Positions 1 to 13,426 of a DNA stretch of 64,000 nucleotides are shown one piece after another. The translations under genes were made by a program, and so were the position numbers. Each line of letters opens with the position of its first letter. Positions within the stretch are counted from its first letter, which is position 1. The DNA lies in NCBI RefSeq assembly GCF_009914755.1, contig NC_060926.1, one strand, 5' to 3'. This stretch comes from the human T2T-CHM13v2.0 reference genome, Homo sapiens. The notes below the pieces were generated by a model that was not told where the DNA came from, ran no database searches, and worked only from the letters and a program-made list of their open reading frames with translations.

Positions 1-1110
1 AGCACACCTAAAAATCCCCTTTCCCAGCCATCCTTTGACACCCACCATAGAAATCACAGAGAGGTCAGAAAGAACACCTGGGCCCAAAATAGCCTGTCCT
101 GTTAGCCAAATGCCAGCACTCCCACTTTCTCTGAGGGCATGGAGGGGAGGCAGCAGCTAGGGCTCTGGCCTCCTCATTTAATTCTCTCTGCATCAGAGGA
201 AGAGTCACCTTCACAGGCCAGCTGTGGTCTGACTTGCCACATCTAATGCCACCAGGCCCTGCCAGCGGCCCCCATTCTGGTCTGTCAAACCCCTGGAAAA
301 CTTCAGACAGTGTTCCTCAGATCCAGGACAGAGCTGGCTCAGGACGCCACATGGGTCAACCCGAGCGCACCAGTCCTCAGACCCTCCAAGGTGACAAAGA
401 CCTCACTAGACTGTATCTCATTTTTCCAGCCTCAGTGAGCCGGCCCCAGCTGGCATGCTGAGTCCAGGAAAGCCCTGGCTATACAAAACACAGCACCCAC
501 GTGCCTTTGTGCATGGCTGCTTAGAGGGCTAATGATAAAGGCAGCTCACTAAGAAAACGACCGTGCCCAGCAGTCTCCTAAATGGCGAAGGCAGCATTTA
601 CCACTGATGACAGCCCCCCGCATGTTTCCTCCTAAACGCCTGATATATATCCATTTTTCTGTCAGCAACCTCAAATAATGTCTATAATGCTGAGATTTAT
701 ACATGGGTACTTATAAATGTGATTTCATTATAGCCTCTGCAAAACTACCTTTCCGCCTAAACATTCAATTAATGTAATTAAATTGCTACCTGATGGCATT
801 ATCTAATTTAACTTGGGATCCAAACTATTGAAAAGCATGTGCCTTTTAACACCCTGACTGGTAAGGCATGTGATGAACAGAGCTATAAACATGTTGGCGT
901 AACTGAGCTGTTTAAAAATAAATTAGCAAACTATAAAAATAAACAGTAACGTACATATGTACTCAATTATGAACTAACTCTAATTTTTGTTCTGAAATAC
1001 TGTCTTTGACCTTAGTCATAAACAAGCACTATTAAAAAAACATAATATCCCAACAGACAGAGGGCCAAGGATTAAATGCTCTTCTAGCTCTGCAGAATGC
1101 AAAGCAAGAC

Positions 1111-1237
1111 AAGGAAGAAAGGAAGGGAAGGGAAGGGAAGGGAAGGGAGGGGAGGGGAGGGAAGGGAAGGGAAGGGAAGGGAGGAAGGGAGGGAGGGAGG
1201 GAGGGAGGGAGGGAGGGAGGGAGGGAGGGAAGGAGGG
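1111..1237. repeat. Polypurine (GGGAA)n/(GGGA)n microsatellite
   Basis: Direct reading. Confidence 0.95.
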
Positions 1238-3699
1238 CCCTTGCCTTTCTTGAAAAGCTAGAAAACTGTGTCCAAAACCTACAAAGACTGTTGTGCTCTT
1301 GTTGACTTGAAGCTGCTTCCGTTCAAGCCAGAAAAGTTAAAACCTTGTGAAGTGCTTTTACATTTTCAGATGTTTTGGAGTCTCTCAAGAAATGAGGACA
1401 GGCAAGGGGAAGAACTGTTTCCACATGCAGCTGTTTCAACAGCTCACTGCATAACAGAGTCTCTTACACAGGGCTGCCTCCGCACCTGAGCTGAGCTTGC
1501 TGTCCTAAGTCGGCTACTGCTTCTAAGTCCCCAGCTTTTCTAAGACATATGGCAGAAATGTGGAAATTGTCTTCCAAACAGCACAAGACAGAAAGCGGGT
1601 GGGGTGGGGGGCGACGGGTGCGGGGAGAAGGGAAGAAGTAAAAACAAGCTGTTGAAACTGTATACAGGACACGTCTTCACAGTAATCCAATGCTCCTGTA
1701 ACAAAGGACAGCATACTATGGGATAATTACTATGGATTATTATTACAGTTTCTAAAGCAAAAGAACAAAAAAAAATTCACAAAAGACATATTACACACGC
1801 AGATTTCTAAAGCTTTAAAATCATATGGTCTTCGGTGTTGGTTCCTATGGGGTTACGGATAATGCCCTAACTGAGCACGACAGATGCAAACACAAAAAAG
1901 AAATCACAATAAACCTGAAATTCTCTCATGTCATGGTGCTTACTGCCCTTTCTTTCACAAACAAAAGTAGTTGAGCAACAGCTAAGTAGTTATTCATCTC
2001 AAAGAACCAACCTAAAATTCTGACAGGCCCAGCACTGTCTACCCCCACCCCCAAACAACAACAACAACAACAAATTACACAAATAAAAACTAGGAGGAAG
2101 CTCAAACTCATCCACACTTGGTTCAGGACACAGGGAAGGCCTGATGTGAAAGAGGAGACAGAGAAGCTTCCTGGGTGTGCAGAATTACACCCCAGGCCAC
2201 ACTCCCTGCAGGGGCCACAGGAGCAAGCACTGCAGCCGGGTCCCTGAGTCTGACTTTTACCCAAACAGGGGGTTGCCAGTTGCTGCGAGACAAATATCCC
2301 TAGCACATTACCTAGTTGGCAAAGGAATGCAACTGGGAGGTTCTGGAATAGCACAGTGTGGAACTGCACTGGACTTTTCCTGTTCTGAAGAGGACTTTGC
2401 TTTCCTCCGGGATGTAAAGCATTTGGCAGGCAAAGGACAAAACTTACCTCAGGTACTATGGCAAACTGGCCAAAGAGAAGCGTTGCTAGGAGAATGGACA
2501 CGGCAGGAAACAGCCTCAGCTTGGCCCAGGAAGAAGCTGGCGCTCAGCTACAGGGGCCGTGGGAATAGCTGGAGGCCTGTGCATTTCCCTGAGGGTCTCC
2601 TTGGCGACAGGGCTGGACCTTTGCACTGGCAGCCTGGACTCTTCTCTGAGCTCCCCCTTGGGTTACCTATGATTCCAGAAGAGTTTGTTCTACATGTGGC
2701 AAAGCCAGCACCATAGAGGGGACAGAGGGAAACCTAAGGCCTACCTTGAGGGATGTTAAACTTACGCCCTACCCACTGCTACTTAAGGTGTCTTTTGAAT
2801 CCTGAGGACCAAGGAGCTCTCCTATGACAAGGAACCTGTCACTGGTTCTTCTGTGATTGCTAAAGCCTAGAGGACCTCCTCCAAAGAAAAGTGGCTCAGA
2901 CAGAAACACTGACTCTTATTTCTCATCAGACTCCGAAATCACAGGCTTCTGGTCTAAAGATTCAAGCTGAGAAACAAGAAAGCAATTTGTTTGATTCAGG
3001 CCCTTGCAAATTACCCCCCAATAATTTACTTGGTCTCAGCTTTGGCTGGCTTGGATGTTATGAGGATTCCAAGAATTTTTTTACTTTTCCATTAGAGGGC
3101 TCTGCACTCTCCTTTCAAGGAAAAAGGCTCTATGTGCCAGCCCACTTCTTTCCAGAAATGGGGAAAGGGAGGAGGAGAACCTGTGGAAAAGAGGACAACG
3201 GATTTCCGGAAGAAATTCCAAGCCAGGGGCTAACCGTGGACCTGAGCACAGCAGAGCCACACGGACGTCTCAGAAAACGGTTCTGTGGAAGCACAAGACA
3301 CGTGGCAGTGAGAGTCCTGAGAAGTCCAGGAAAAGATGCAGCTTCCAACCCATTCCTAAATATCACCAATTAACAGCAGCTCGATGGTCTACCTGAGACC
3401 TGAGAAAACAAACGAAGGGAAAGAAATGCAAGAAACAAAGCGCATCTTTCTGGATCAAAAGATCAAGTTGTCTTTGGTAGCTAAAGAACAACAGAGAAGG
3501 AAAAAGAACAAAAAGATTAGGAGGAGGAGAAAAACACCTGGCCCTCCCCAAAGAACTCGACTTAAATCATCTCAGCTATAGGCAGTCAACTGGGGCTCTC
3601 CGAACAGCCACAATCGGGGGGCTACTCTCTTTCCCCTCACGATCTTCCTGAACAGGGCAGTAGTCTAGCATCCACTGAAGTCCTGAAGTGGTGAAGGAG

Positions 3700-4562
3700 C
3701 CCCAGACACACCCATCCTCTGAGCACCTCCACAGCCTTTCTGGCCCATCCCAATAAACAGCAATTCTATTCTCCCAGTCACCGAGCCACACATTTTGGGG
3801 TCCATCTTGACTCCTCCCTTCCTTTCATACAACCCATCCCACCAGTCAGCAAATCCTGCCGGTTTTCCCTTCGAAGTATGTCCAGAATCCAGCCCCTTCT
3901 CACGTCCCCACCACCCTGGTCCACGCCACCATCACTTGCCTAAAATTTGCCTTCTGACTGCTTCTGCCTCACTTTCCCATGCTTGAGTCTCAAAATGCGG
4001 CCCAAGAGACTCTCTGGAAGCGCAAGTCATATGACATCACTCCTCCAGTGGCTTCCATCTCCCTTGGAGTCAGAGCCAAAAATCCCTGCTCTACGTCCTT
4101 CAAGGAGCCAGCTGGTCTCCTCTCCTCCTCCTCCTGCACTCTTTCCACTCTGACCTCAGGGCCCCTTGCTCCTCCTCCAGTAGCCAGGCGTGTTACACAC
4201 AAGGTCTCTGCTCTCTACACACTCTTCCTGGAACCATCTTCTCAAAATTCTCATGGCCAACTTCCTCACCTCTTTGGAGCCTTTGCTTCTCGTTGGGCCT
4301 TCCCTAATTATCCTATTTAAAAGCCTGGTCACCATGCACCCCTTACCCCTCTTCCCCACCTTATTTTCGTGCAGGCAGTTTGATCTTCTCTTGCCATACT
4401 ATATAATTCACATATTTATTGGTGCATCTTCTGTCTCTCCCCAGCTAGAAAGGGGGTGCCACAAGAGCAGGGAGTTTTTAAGGCTTTCTATGCCCAACAC
4501 CAAGAACCGTTCCCAGCATGTGGCAGGTGTTCAAAATATTTGTTGAAAAATGAATGAGTGAA
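3700..4562 (+). mobile_element. LINE-2 3' fragment
   Basis: Pyrimidine-rich L2-like body (catcttgactcctcc, ccaccatcactt) ending in aaatatttgttgaaaaatgaatgagtg. Confidence 0.75.
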
Positions 4563-7500
4563 CCTTCACAATTCCAAACTGCCAGGAGGCCACTCAATGC
4601 CATATCTATAAAACTGTCAGGCAGCCCAACCTGGGGGCACTTTAGCTTTGGATCTTGGGTTTGAGCCAGATTCCATTTTCCCCGCAGGCCCTGAGACCCA
4701 CAGGGAAGAGCTTTTGCATTATAATGTAAATGGAGGGGTTGAGCTGGTTTGGGGGAACCCTTGACAGGAGCCAGTTAAAACCAAACGAAAGTCTTTCCTA
4801 AGGCTTAGGTGGAGCCTCTAGAAAGAGGGGCTGAGAGCCTGGGGAAGAGCCAACCACCAGCAGTTCCTCAGAGTTCTTCCCACTGGGGCTGTGCAGCCAA
4901 CTGCGTTTCCAGGCACACTGAGATGCCCATACTCATATCCAATACTGTGCAGGGGCACTGGCCAGGCACAAATCCCAGCTGCCTCCACGGCATTACTCTC
5001 CCTCCATTCTTGCTTTCACATTCTCCCTCCTCCTGGCAGGGGCACTGGGGAGGGCAGGAGAGAAGAAGGCCATGGCAAAGGGACAAATCCCTTCTACCTG
5101 AGAGCCCGGGATGCAGCCAGAAAAGCTAAAATACCCTTTCCCACCCTAGCATACAATTTGACAGGTGAATAAGTGCTCCCCAGTAGGCAATAACAAGGAG
5201 AAGTCTGAATTAAAAGAACTCGCCAATTTGGGAAGTAATGTCATTCTATGTGACTCCACTCTTTTCCGTTACCAATAAAACACTTAAAGATGCTATTCAT
5301 GCAGACATAAAGTGCTAATGGCCACTTGTTACCATGTTTCATAATGCTAATATTTCCCTCTGATTTCTGACAGTTCTTTTTTTTTCCTTCTTCTTTTTTG
5401 GGGCTATTTTAAGTTAACAGAGCGCTAATCTGATTCAAAACTGAAGACTCAAAGAGCTACACTCTACATAACTGCACTATTAATGACAACCATTGCTTTA
5501 CATGTTGCACCATTTCATGAAAACAATCATCACTCAGTCAACGTATTTTCCAAGCCACAGAAAATAAGTTGAAATAAGTTGAAAATGCAGTAGGCAAAGA
5601 AGCAGCTAGTCATGTAAGACACTAAGGGGCAGGGGAGTCATTAATTCTTCTCCAAGCTTTCAACACTCTGTTTCTATGAAGGCAAGGGTTGGAGGGAGCT
5701 TTTTTCTTTCAAATAAATCAGTAAAATGATGAGGTGCTTCCTCTGCTACGCCCAGTGGCCCAGGCACTCTCACTAAGGTATCCTCCCAGCAATGTAGGTG
5801 TTCAAAGGCAAAAGAAAGGGAACCAGCTCATGGCGTAATACTTGCTCGGCCAAAGACATAGTAACGCTTCCCAGGAAATACAAGTGTCACAGTCACTCCA
5901 AAATGAATATGTGTGCAGCCACCTGGGCTTGCAACTTAATTCAAACAACTTGGAAGGCTAAGGAGCACTGGAGCTGGGGAGCTGCAGATGAACCCCTGTG
6001 CTCACCACCCCTGGAGAGCAGTCAGAGAGGAAGCCTGCTTTCCTCAGATGTTTTAAAGGAAGCCACCTAGAGCCCCACCTGTCACTGTGGAACTGCTCAT
6101 GGTGGCTGCCCGATGCGCTGATGTGGAACTCAGAATCATTCATTTGGGCTTGTGGCTGAGCTGTGCTAGGTAACTGGGTGGCCTGGGCAAGTCACTTCAC
6201 CTCCCTTGGCCTGTGTCCTTGAGCTTTCCTGGCTGCACATCTTGCTCTCAGGTATAAAGGATCTGTCTCCTTCTACCTGCCCCTGTGCCACACACACTCG
6301 CCTCTCAAATGAGAAAGGCAGCTTTGAGAGAGGATGCTTGCCTTCCCGGCTCCCCTCCCAACCCAGAACCTATCACAATGCTCTGCAGAGAGTACATGCT
6401 CAACAAATCCAATGCTAAATTGTAAAAAGTGAGACTAGATGGTATCTGCCTCTCCTCTCAGCTCTAAATTATTTGGTCTAAAGAAAACTGAAGCCCCCAG
6501 CAACTCCATTTTGCATATCTAATTGGAGATGGTTTCAATAATATAATTATCAAGGCATCCCTACGTTACTTGAAGTTGGTTCATAATCTGGCGACGTTCA
6601 CAGCCTTATGAAGACAGTTTATTCTCTTTTAGTGTCTCAAGTATGAGTCACCTCTGATGACGGATAGGAGAACAAGCAGGTTTTACTACAATACACACCT
6701 AAAGTAAATGAATAAACCCAACCACTTTGCCCACCCACATGGCATCCATTTGGAGGAGACACAGAGAAAGGAGTTTCACCTCTTAGACGTCTCAGAGATT
6801 AACATTTTCTCAAAAATGAACACACAGAGCAACAGCTGACGAGTCACAGTGGACCACACCACCACCTCTGGTTACCCCCTGAGAAAGGCAGAGAAAGGAC
6901 CCCCAGAACAGTCACCATTTGAGGAGAGGTTCAGGGATCATGAGGACTCACCACCCCACTGAAATCCATGGATAGTCTAGCCTGTGAGGGGTTGGGGGTG
7001 GCAAATTACTTTATCTTTCTCATCTTTGAGCGGCTCTTCCCCAGAGTCAGGATGACTCTCACTAGGTTTCAGGTACATCCCCATCATGCCCCGGACTCCA
7101 GTCTCTGCAGCTGACACGGCTCCAAGATGCTAAATATGAGACAAGGAGGGGACAAGGAATTTAGTCCCAGGAGTGGCACTAGAAGGAGTCCCTGCTCCCT
7201 CAGGAGCCATCTGCCGGGTGCTTCTGGAGACGCTGCCTCCACGCCCCACTTGAGGCTGTCCACAGCAGAAACCAGCGCCCAGATCCCCTCAAGCCAGCCA
7301 CCCCATGGGAACCCCTTTGGCAGGTGTGGGTGTTGGGTTAGCCTCTAGCCAGAACTCCTGCTGCTTCTCTCTTTGTGGAGCAAATCTTCATGTCCTGTCT
7401 GGATCTTCCCAGTCCTGCCCTCTCTCTTCTGAATCTTCCCACCCTTCCAAGGGCCTGCTGCCTAATCCATCTCCCCACTCACACGCTAAAGTAAATGAAT

Positions 7501-8216
7501 AAACCCAACAGCACGGACTCATCCCTGATCAGGACTGAAAAAAGAAAAAGAAATAGCCTCCCATCACACCACTCTCTGGGAAAATAGAACTGAGTCCTAG
7601 CTCTAGCACTGGGCACAGCTGGGTCAGCACCTACGAAGGGTCCTATGCAGTGAACACCTTGCAGTCTGAAGGGCAGACTCTCTCTTCTCAACAAGCCAGA
7701 GATTCTCTGCCTTCCAGACAGGCACCTCCATGAAGAGAAGCTGTTCCTGGCTTGTGGTGAGCAAAACTCCCTGGATTGAGTCGAGACCTGGATTCTAGTT
7801 CCACTACTTTGAATTCTCTAGGTTCACAGTCCTAAATCCTCAGAGAAGGACAGACTTGAGGGCAGACAGCCACAGGTGGCCTGGCATGGGCTGAGGCAGC
7901 ACACAAGGACTCTGAGCCACACCAGCCATCTCCTTGTGGACTTTCCTGAGAGCACGTGCAGCTAGCAGTGCTCCAAGCACTCTCTGAGAGGCTTCCAGGC
8001 TGGAGCTCTGAGAGGCTTCCAGGCTGGGCTACCTCCAGCCATGTGGTGGAAACTGGTAGCAAAGGAAGCCCAGAAGGGCCACAACTGAACTAGAAGGCTA
8101 AGGAACACCCCGGCCACTGGTGGGATCGCAGTGCTGAGCCATGAGCCCTACCAGGCAACCCATTTCTGGGCAGTCCCAAGACTTGGAGAACAAGCCATCT
8201 GAAAATAGAATTAAAT

Positions 8217-8664
<448 letters not shown>

Positions 8665-9179
8665 CTACTCAAATATCAAAGGTCTTGCATACACATACAC
8701 TAAAACAGAAAAAAGAAAAAAAAAAAAAGAAAAGAGAGACAGAGAGAGAGAGAGAATCACCTTTTAAACTCATCCAAGAGCCAGTCAAAGCCACCCAAAG
8801 GAAAGCAGGCCCCAGTCCCTTCCGAACTCAGCCGTTCTCCCTCTGGTGAGACAGGCTCTAGCTTGTTTCCAGAATGCCACTACCAGCTTCCCACACCTCC
8901 AGGGGACCCCCTAACTCCAAAGTGTTGCCCAGACCTAAGGATCCTCCCCCACGTGCTCCTTCCCCAACACTGGCTTCCAGGTGAGCGAGACAGAATCTGC
9001 AAGCAGAGTTCACTGCTTGACCATGGGGTGAAAGCCACAAAGACACCACCAGCTATCCCAACCCCAGCACTTTCACTTTTTCACTTTCTCCCCAGGGAGG
9101 AAGGGGGAAATAAACTTGCCCAGCCTCACACCTTCCCTGGACAGGGAGCTGGGGATCCATTCAAAGCCCGGTCTTTCTC

Positions 9180-9310
9180 TGTTCAATCAAGCAGCGTGAG
9201 CAAAGTACAGATTAAATACTACATATGAACCAGCATTATGTTAGGCACCAAGAAGGCACAAAAAATAAAACATGACTCCTGCCCTCCAAAAGGTTATAAT
9301 TTGAGGAGGA
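9180..9310 (-). mobile_element. LINE-2 3' end fragment
   Basis: tactacatatgaaccagcattatgttaggcac...catgactcctgccctc resembles the reverse-complemented L2 terminus. Confidence 0.5.
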
Positions 9311-11539
9311 GAAAATACACCCACGAGCCAATGTGAATACCACTGATCCCCTTTTAACTAATCCCAGAGTGACACCTCCTCCAAAGAAAGCCAAGTTGCT
9401 GACAGAGTCAGGCCTTCCTAGTTACCTAGAAAAATGGCCTGGGGAGGTCCAGCCCACTAGAAGGAGATACAGAAACAAGCCCTCCATAAATATCTGTGGG
9501 ACCCAGCTACCTCTCTGAAACACAGCCCAGTGCTTTCAGGCAGGGAGAAAGTGGTGGTGGGTGGCGGACAGAGATGTGAGTGGACTGACACAGACATGGG
9601 GGCTTCCAAATGACTCTTGATCACCCAACTTTCCAGCTTCCCCATTTCTGCCCCTGACTTGAGCTCCCAGGCCACTCAACCCACTGTGAGGTCTTACTGT
9701 GGGGATTACCGAGTCACCACCAGGCTGCGCTGAACAGGAAGTGAACAAGTCAATTCGAGAAAGATCCAATAAGGGAATATTCTCTGGGCACCGCTGGGCC
9801 AACACCCACGGAGGGGTCCTGGAATACAAATACCCTGGAGTCTGAAGGGCGGTGGCCCCTCTTCTCACCACTTCAATTATGTCTTCATTGAACTGGGTTA
9901 TGAAAAAGGGAAGCAGGGATTGAAAATCTAGCCTTGTGGCCATAAGCCTGTGATGACTCATGCCAGCTTTGGGTGCTCTAAGATGCTTTCCCATGTCTGT
10001 AATGCTTTTCATATCATCCTACACACTCACTGTCACCTCTCCTCACCCCAGCACACAGAAAAGATGTGCTTATTATGTGCACTTAGGTTTTGTTGTACTA
10101 TTAAACACAATGACCCACTCCTATTATTAAAACACAGGTTTTGCTGGAAACTCAAAAAAGACTTGGCTCTGCTGGCTCACAGGGAATCTGGGCTCCGCTC
10201 TTCCAAAACCTTTGTTCTCCAGATGTCAGTGCAAAGTTATGAACAGCTCTCCCCCTGAGCTAACTTACCGAGCAGTAAGTGAGGCAAGAAAGGCCACTCA
10301 CTATATTTCTCAGCCTCCATGAAGTCGTCACTGGGAGAGGAGCCAAGAGGGAGGGGGCACCTTAGGAGACAAGATCGTAACTCACCGTCATCCGGGGAAG
10401 TGGAGAGGAAGTCAGGGAACTCGTGTCAGGAGTGGAGAGCTAAGCTCAATATGGACAAGGACAGAGAGGGGCACCTGGGATGGGAGAAATGTGGCATCAG
10501 GACAACTGGGAGTGAAAGTTTAACTGCCCTCAAAGATGGCTGACAAAGATCTAGCATTCCTAGTGGACACCAAGCTGAGCATGAGTCATCAATGAAGCAC
10601 TGGTTTTTAAAAAAGCAAGCAGGACATAAGAGTGCAGACATAAGACTAAAGAATGTGGAAAACACTAAGATATCTTGCCATTGGACTCTGTAGTTATCAG
10701 ACTAATGTTTGAGTAAAAGAGCTGGAAAACCAGCAGATTCTAAAGAGAGGCATAGAAACAATAAATGGGTTACAAGATAATAGATCCATGAGTTCAGGTT
10801 CAGGAAAGAGATTATTTAGGAAGAAGAAGTGGCGGAGAATGGAATGAAGAATGTAAAATATGAAGCATTTCAGCCCAAAGCTGGTGATGAGATACTTTGT
10901 CGTCTCTGGAATGAAGAGGAAATGGGTTTAAAATGAAGCATAAGGGATCGAAGGTAGACAAAAGGAAGGATTTCCTGCGATTGAGAGGTGTCTTTAAAAA
11001 TAGAACTAGGGTGGTGAGGAAGAGGTTGGGCTGGCCAATTCTGGAGGGCCATCTGCCCCTGAGAGGGTACACGTTCCTTCACCACCCCAACTCCATCTAC
11101 TCCATTATCTCCAGTTATCTGAATAAAAAAGCCAAGCTATTCCCTGGGCACACCATGTAAACCCCAGAAGGGCCACACTTTGGGAGCCCTAGCAGGAAAG
11201 GTGGTAGGAAGACCAGCCCCGAAAAAGGGCAGAGAAAACAGGGAAAGGAACAAGGCAAGAAGAAAGGGCAAAGGACCATTCTCTGCAACAGCACAGGTGA
11301 TTGGGTGGTGGTTTTGTTGCTTGGGTTTTACCATGGGCTCCCCAGGTTAGCACTGCCACAAAAGCACCAGGCTCTTCAACAAAGCTCCAGTTAAGAAAAG
11401 CATTCCAGCCATCACCGATAAAAGCGTGGGTGCAAGTTCCTCTGCAAAGCACATGCGGGCCACCTCTGGCTCCTGCTGGCCATGGAGAGGCCATGTGCGA
11501 TTGGTACAGTCAGCCAGGAATGAAAGTGGGAAGCCCCAG

Positions 11540-11690
11540 GCTCTGGGCCAAGTCTACCACTGCCTAGCAAGTAGACTCTGGCACTCACTCCCCTCTTAGC
11601 CTCAACCTTTCTCATCTGTAAAATGACAGGGTTAATGATATGACTTCACAAGTCTATGTCTACATAGAAGATGCTCAATAAGTATTCACT
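11540..11690 (+). mobile_element. MIR SINE fragment
   Basis: Core cctcaacctttctcatctgtaaaatgacagggttaatgata. Confidence 0.7.
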
Positions 11691-11851
11691 TTGGCTTTCC
11701 ACGAAGGAAACTATCTATGCTCAAAGAGCTGTGCTTTCTTCTATGATTCCTCAGAAACTCTTGTCGACTAGAGGAACAAGAACCTTACTCTAAAACCCAA
11801 TTTTAGGGGAGGAGAGAAAATTTTTAAAAGACTTTAAATTAATTACTTGAA

Positions 11852-11998
11852 GGCCAGAGGCATTTGCTTATGCCTATAATCTCAGAAATTTGGAAGGCCA
11901 CAGAGGGAAGATTGCTTGAAGCTAGGAGTTCAAGACCAGCCTGGGCAACATAGCAAAACCCTGTCTCTACAAAAAGCTTAATAAATAAAATAAAATAA
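11852..11998 (+). mobile_element. Free left Alu monomer (FLAM-like)
   Basis: Single diverged monomer ...ggagttcaagaccagcctgggcaacatagcaaaaccctgtctctac followed by an A-rich tail. Confidence 0.85.
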
Positions 11999-13382
11999 TT
12001 GCTGAGATTTAGCTATCTTTTCAAAGAAAATATAAAATTTGGCCCAGTTTTTTATCTATCAAACCTAGACCTAAAATCATCTTGTCTCATTCCCTCTGTC
12101 AACATCTGCTGAGCTCTCATAATACATAAAACATCATAGATAAAGGAGTCACAGGATTAGACCTACCGTTCCATACCAGTGTGTTACAGCCTGTCATGAA
12201 GCAGACTCAGAGAATTTGGCTACTACTTAGTACTAACATTTAATTTAGTTTTAAAATGTCTGCGATAGAGCAGATTCAGGATTATGCCTGTAAGATGACA
12301 TTCCAACTCACCTGCATTTAAATATGAATAAAGAGTGAGCAGAAGGGACCAGGTAAAAATGGCACATGGGAGGGCATCGCACATGTGAATTTTAGCTTCC
12401 CACACGCAAAGGCATGGGGGGACAAGGCAGGAAGCATTGCTCTAGATCTGAGAATCACCACACACCAGAGAGGGCATGGGAGGTGACACACAAACCCAGC
12501 AGAGAACGTTGAGAAAGAGTTTTAAGAGCCTACTCATCATCAGAGTTCACTTAAAAGTCCATCCAGAATCAGAACGTGGGATGGGGTGCCCCAAGGCATT
12601 CCTGGGGGCCGGGCGTGGATTTTAAGGACTCATCAATTACTGTTCAAGTTCAGGTCAAGCTGGATGGACACCATCCACATGGTGTTGCTCGATGGGCAAA
12701 GATCAAGAGGCAGTCGTTCACCACCAGCCGTATTTCCTGGGGCTGCTTGTTACTGACATTCTGTCATTCAAGGTGGGTCCTGAAGCCACAGTAAGCACCA
12801 AATCTGCTCCCTACAATCCACAGCAAAAGGAGAGTTCCTTCTTTTAAAGAGCGATGGCACACATCTCTCAACTCTTGAGAGAAAATGGACAGAAGTGGGA
12901 TTTTTCAATCCTGATACCAGCAGGAAACAGGGAGTCTCTGGTAGGTACTACCAAACCAAGAAGCTTCTTTTCTCCCAAGTACACCAGGAACCCCTTTCAA
13001 ATACAGGCGCTACAAAAAAAGAAATAGGTGTGAAAGCGGGGCAAGAAAGGGAACCTGAGGACTATGCATGCTCTGTCTATGGGTATCAACACCTTTAAGG
13101 CATTTTGCGGTCTTTTTGATTCTATAACCTCCATATTGAGAGACATAAAACACAGAACATTACACCTGTCAGGTGCTGGGCCCTGAACTATCTCCAGGCA
13201 GCTGAAAGTCAGTACATCAGCTTTTTAATGATGTGAAAGTTAAAGATTAAAAACATGTTGGAACGCTTACTTTATGCAGTGCCAAAAATGTGTCTATAAC
13301 CTGTAAGGAGAGATGGGTGTGGAACATCGTAGGAAAAAGGTGACTGCACTCATGCTGCAGAGAAAAAATAAGGTCCTCACTT

Positions 13383-13383
13383 G

Positions 13384-13426
<43 letters not shown>
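13383..13426. repeat. (GCCT)11 tetranucleotide repeat
   Basis: Direct count. Confidence 0.95.

Noticed and set aside
1840-1880. tRNA-like 5' string ggttcctatggggttacggataatgccct
   Set aside because: No B-box/T-loop or acceptor stem partner; cloverleaf cannot be built
1926-3373. ORFs of 160-191 aa near the left end
   Set aside because: No recognisable family, partly low complexity, mutually overlapping on opposite strands
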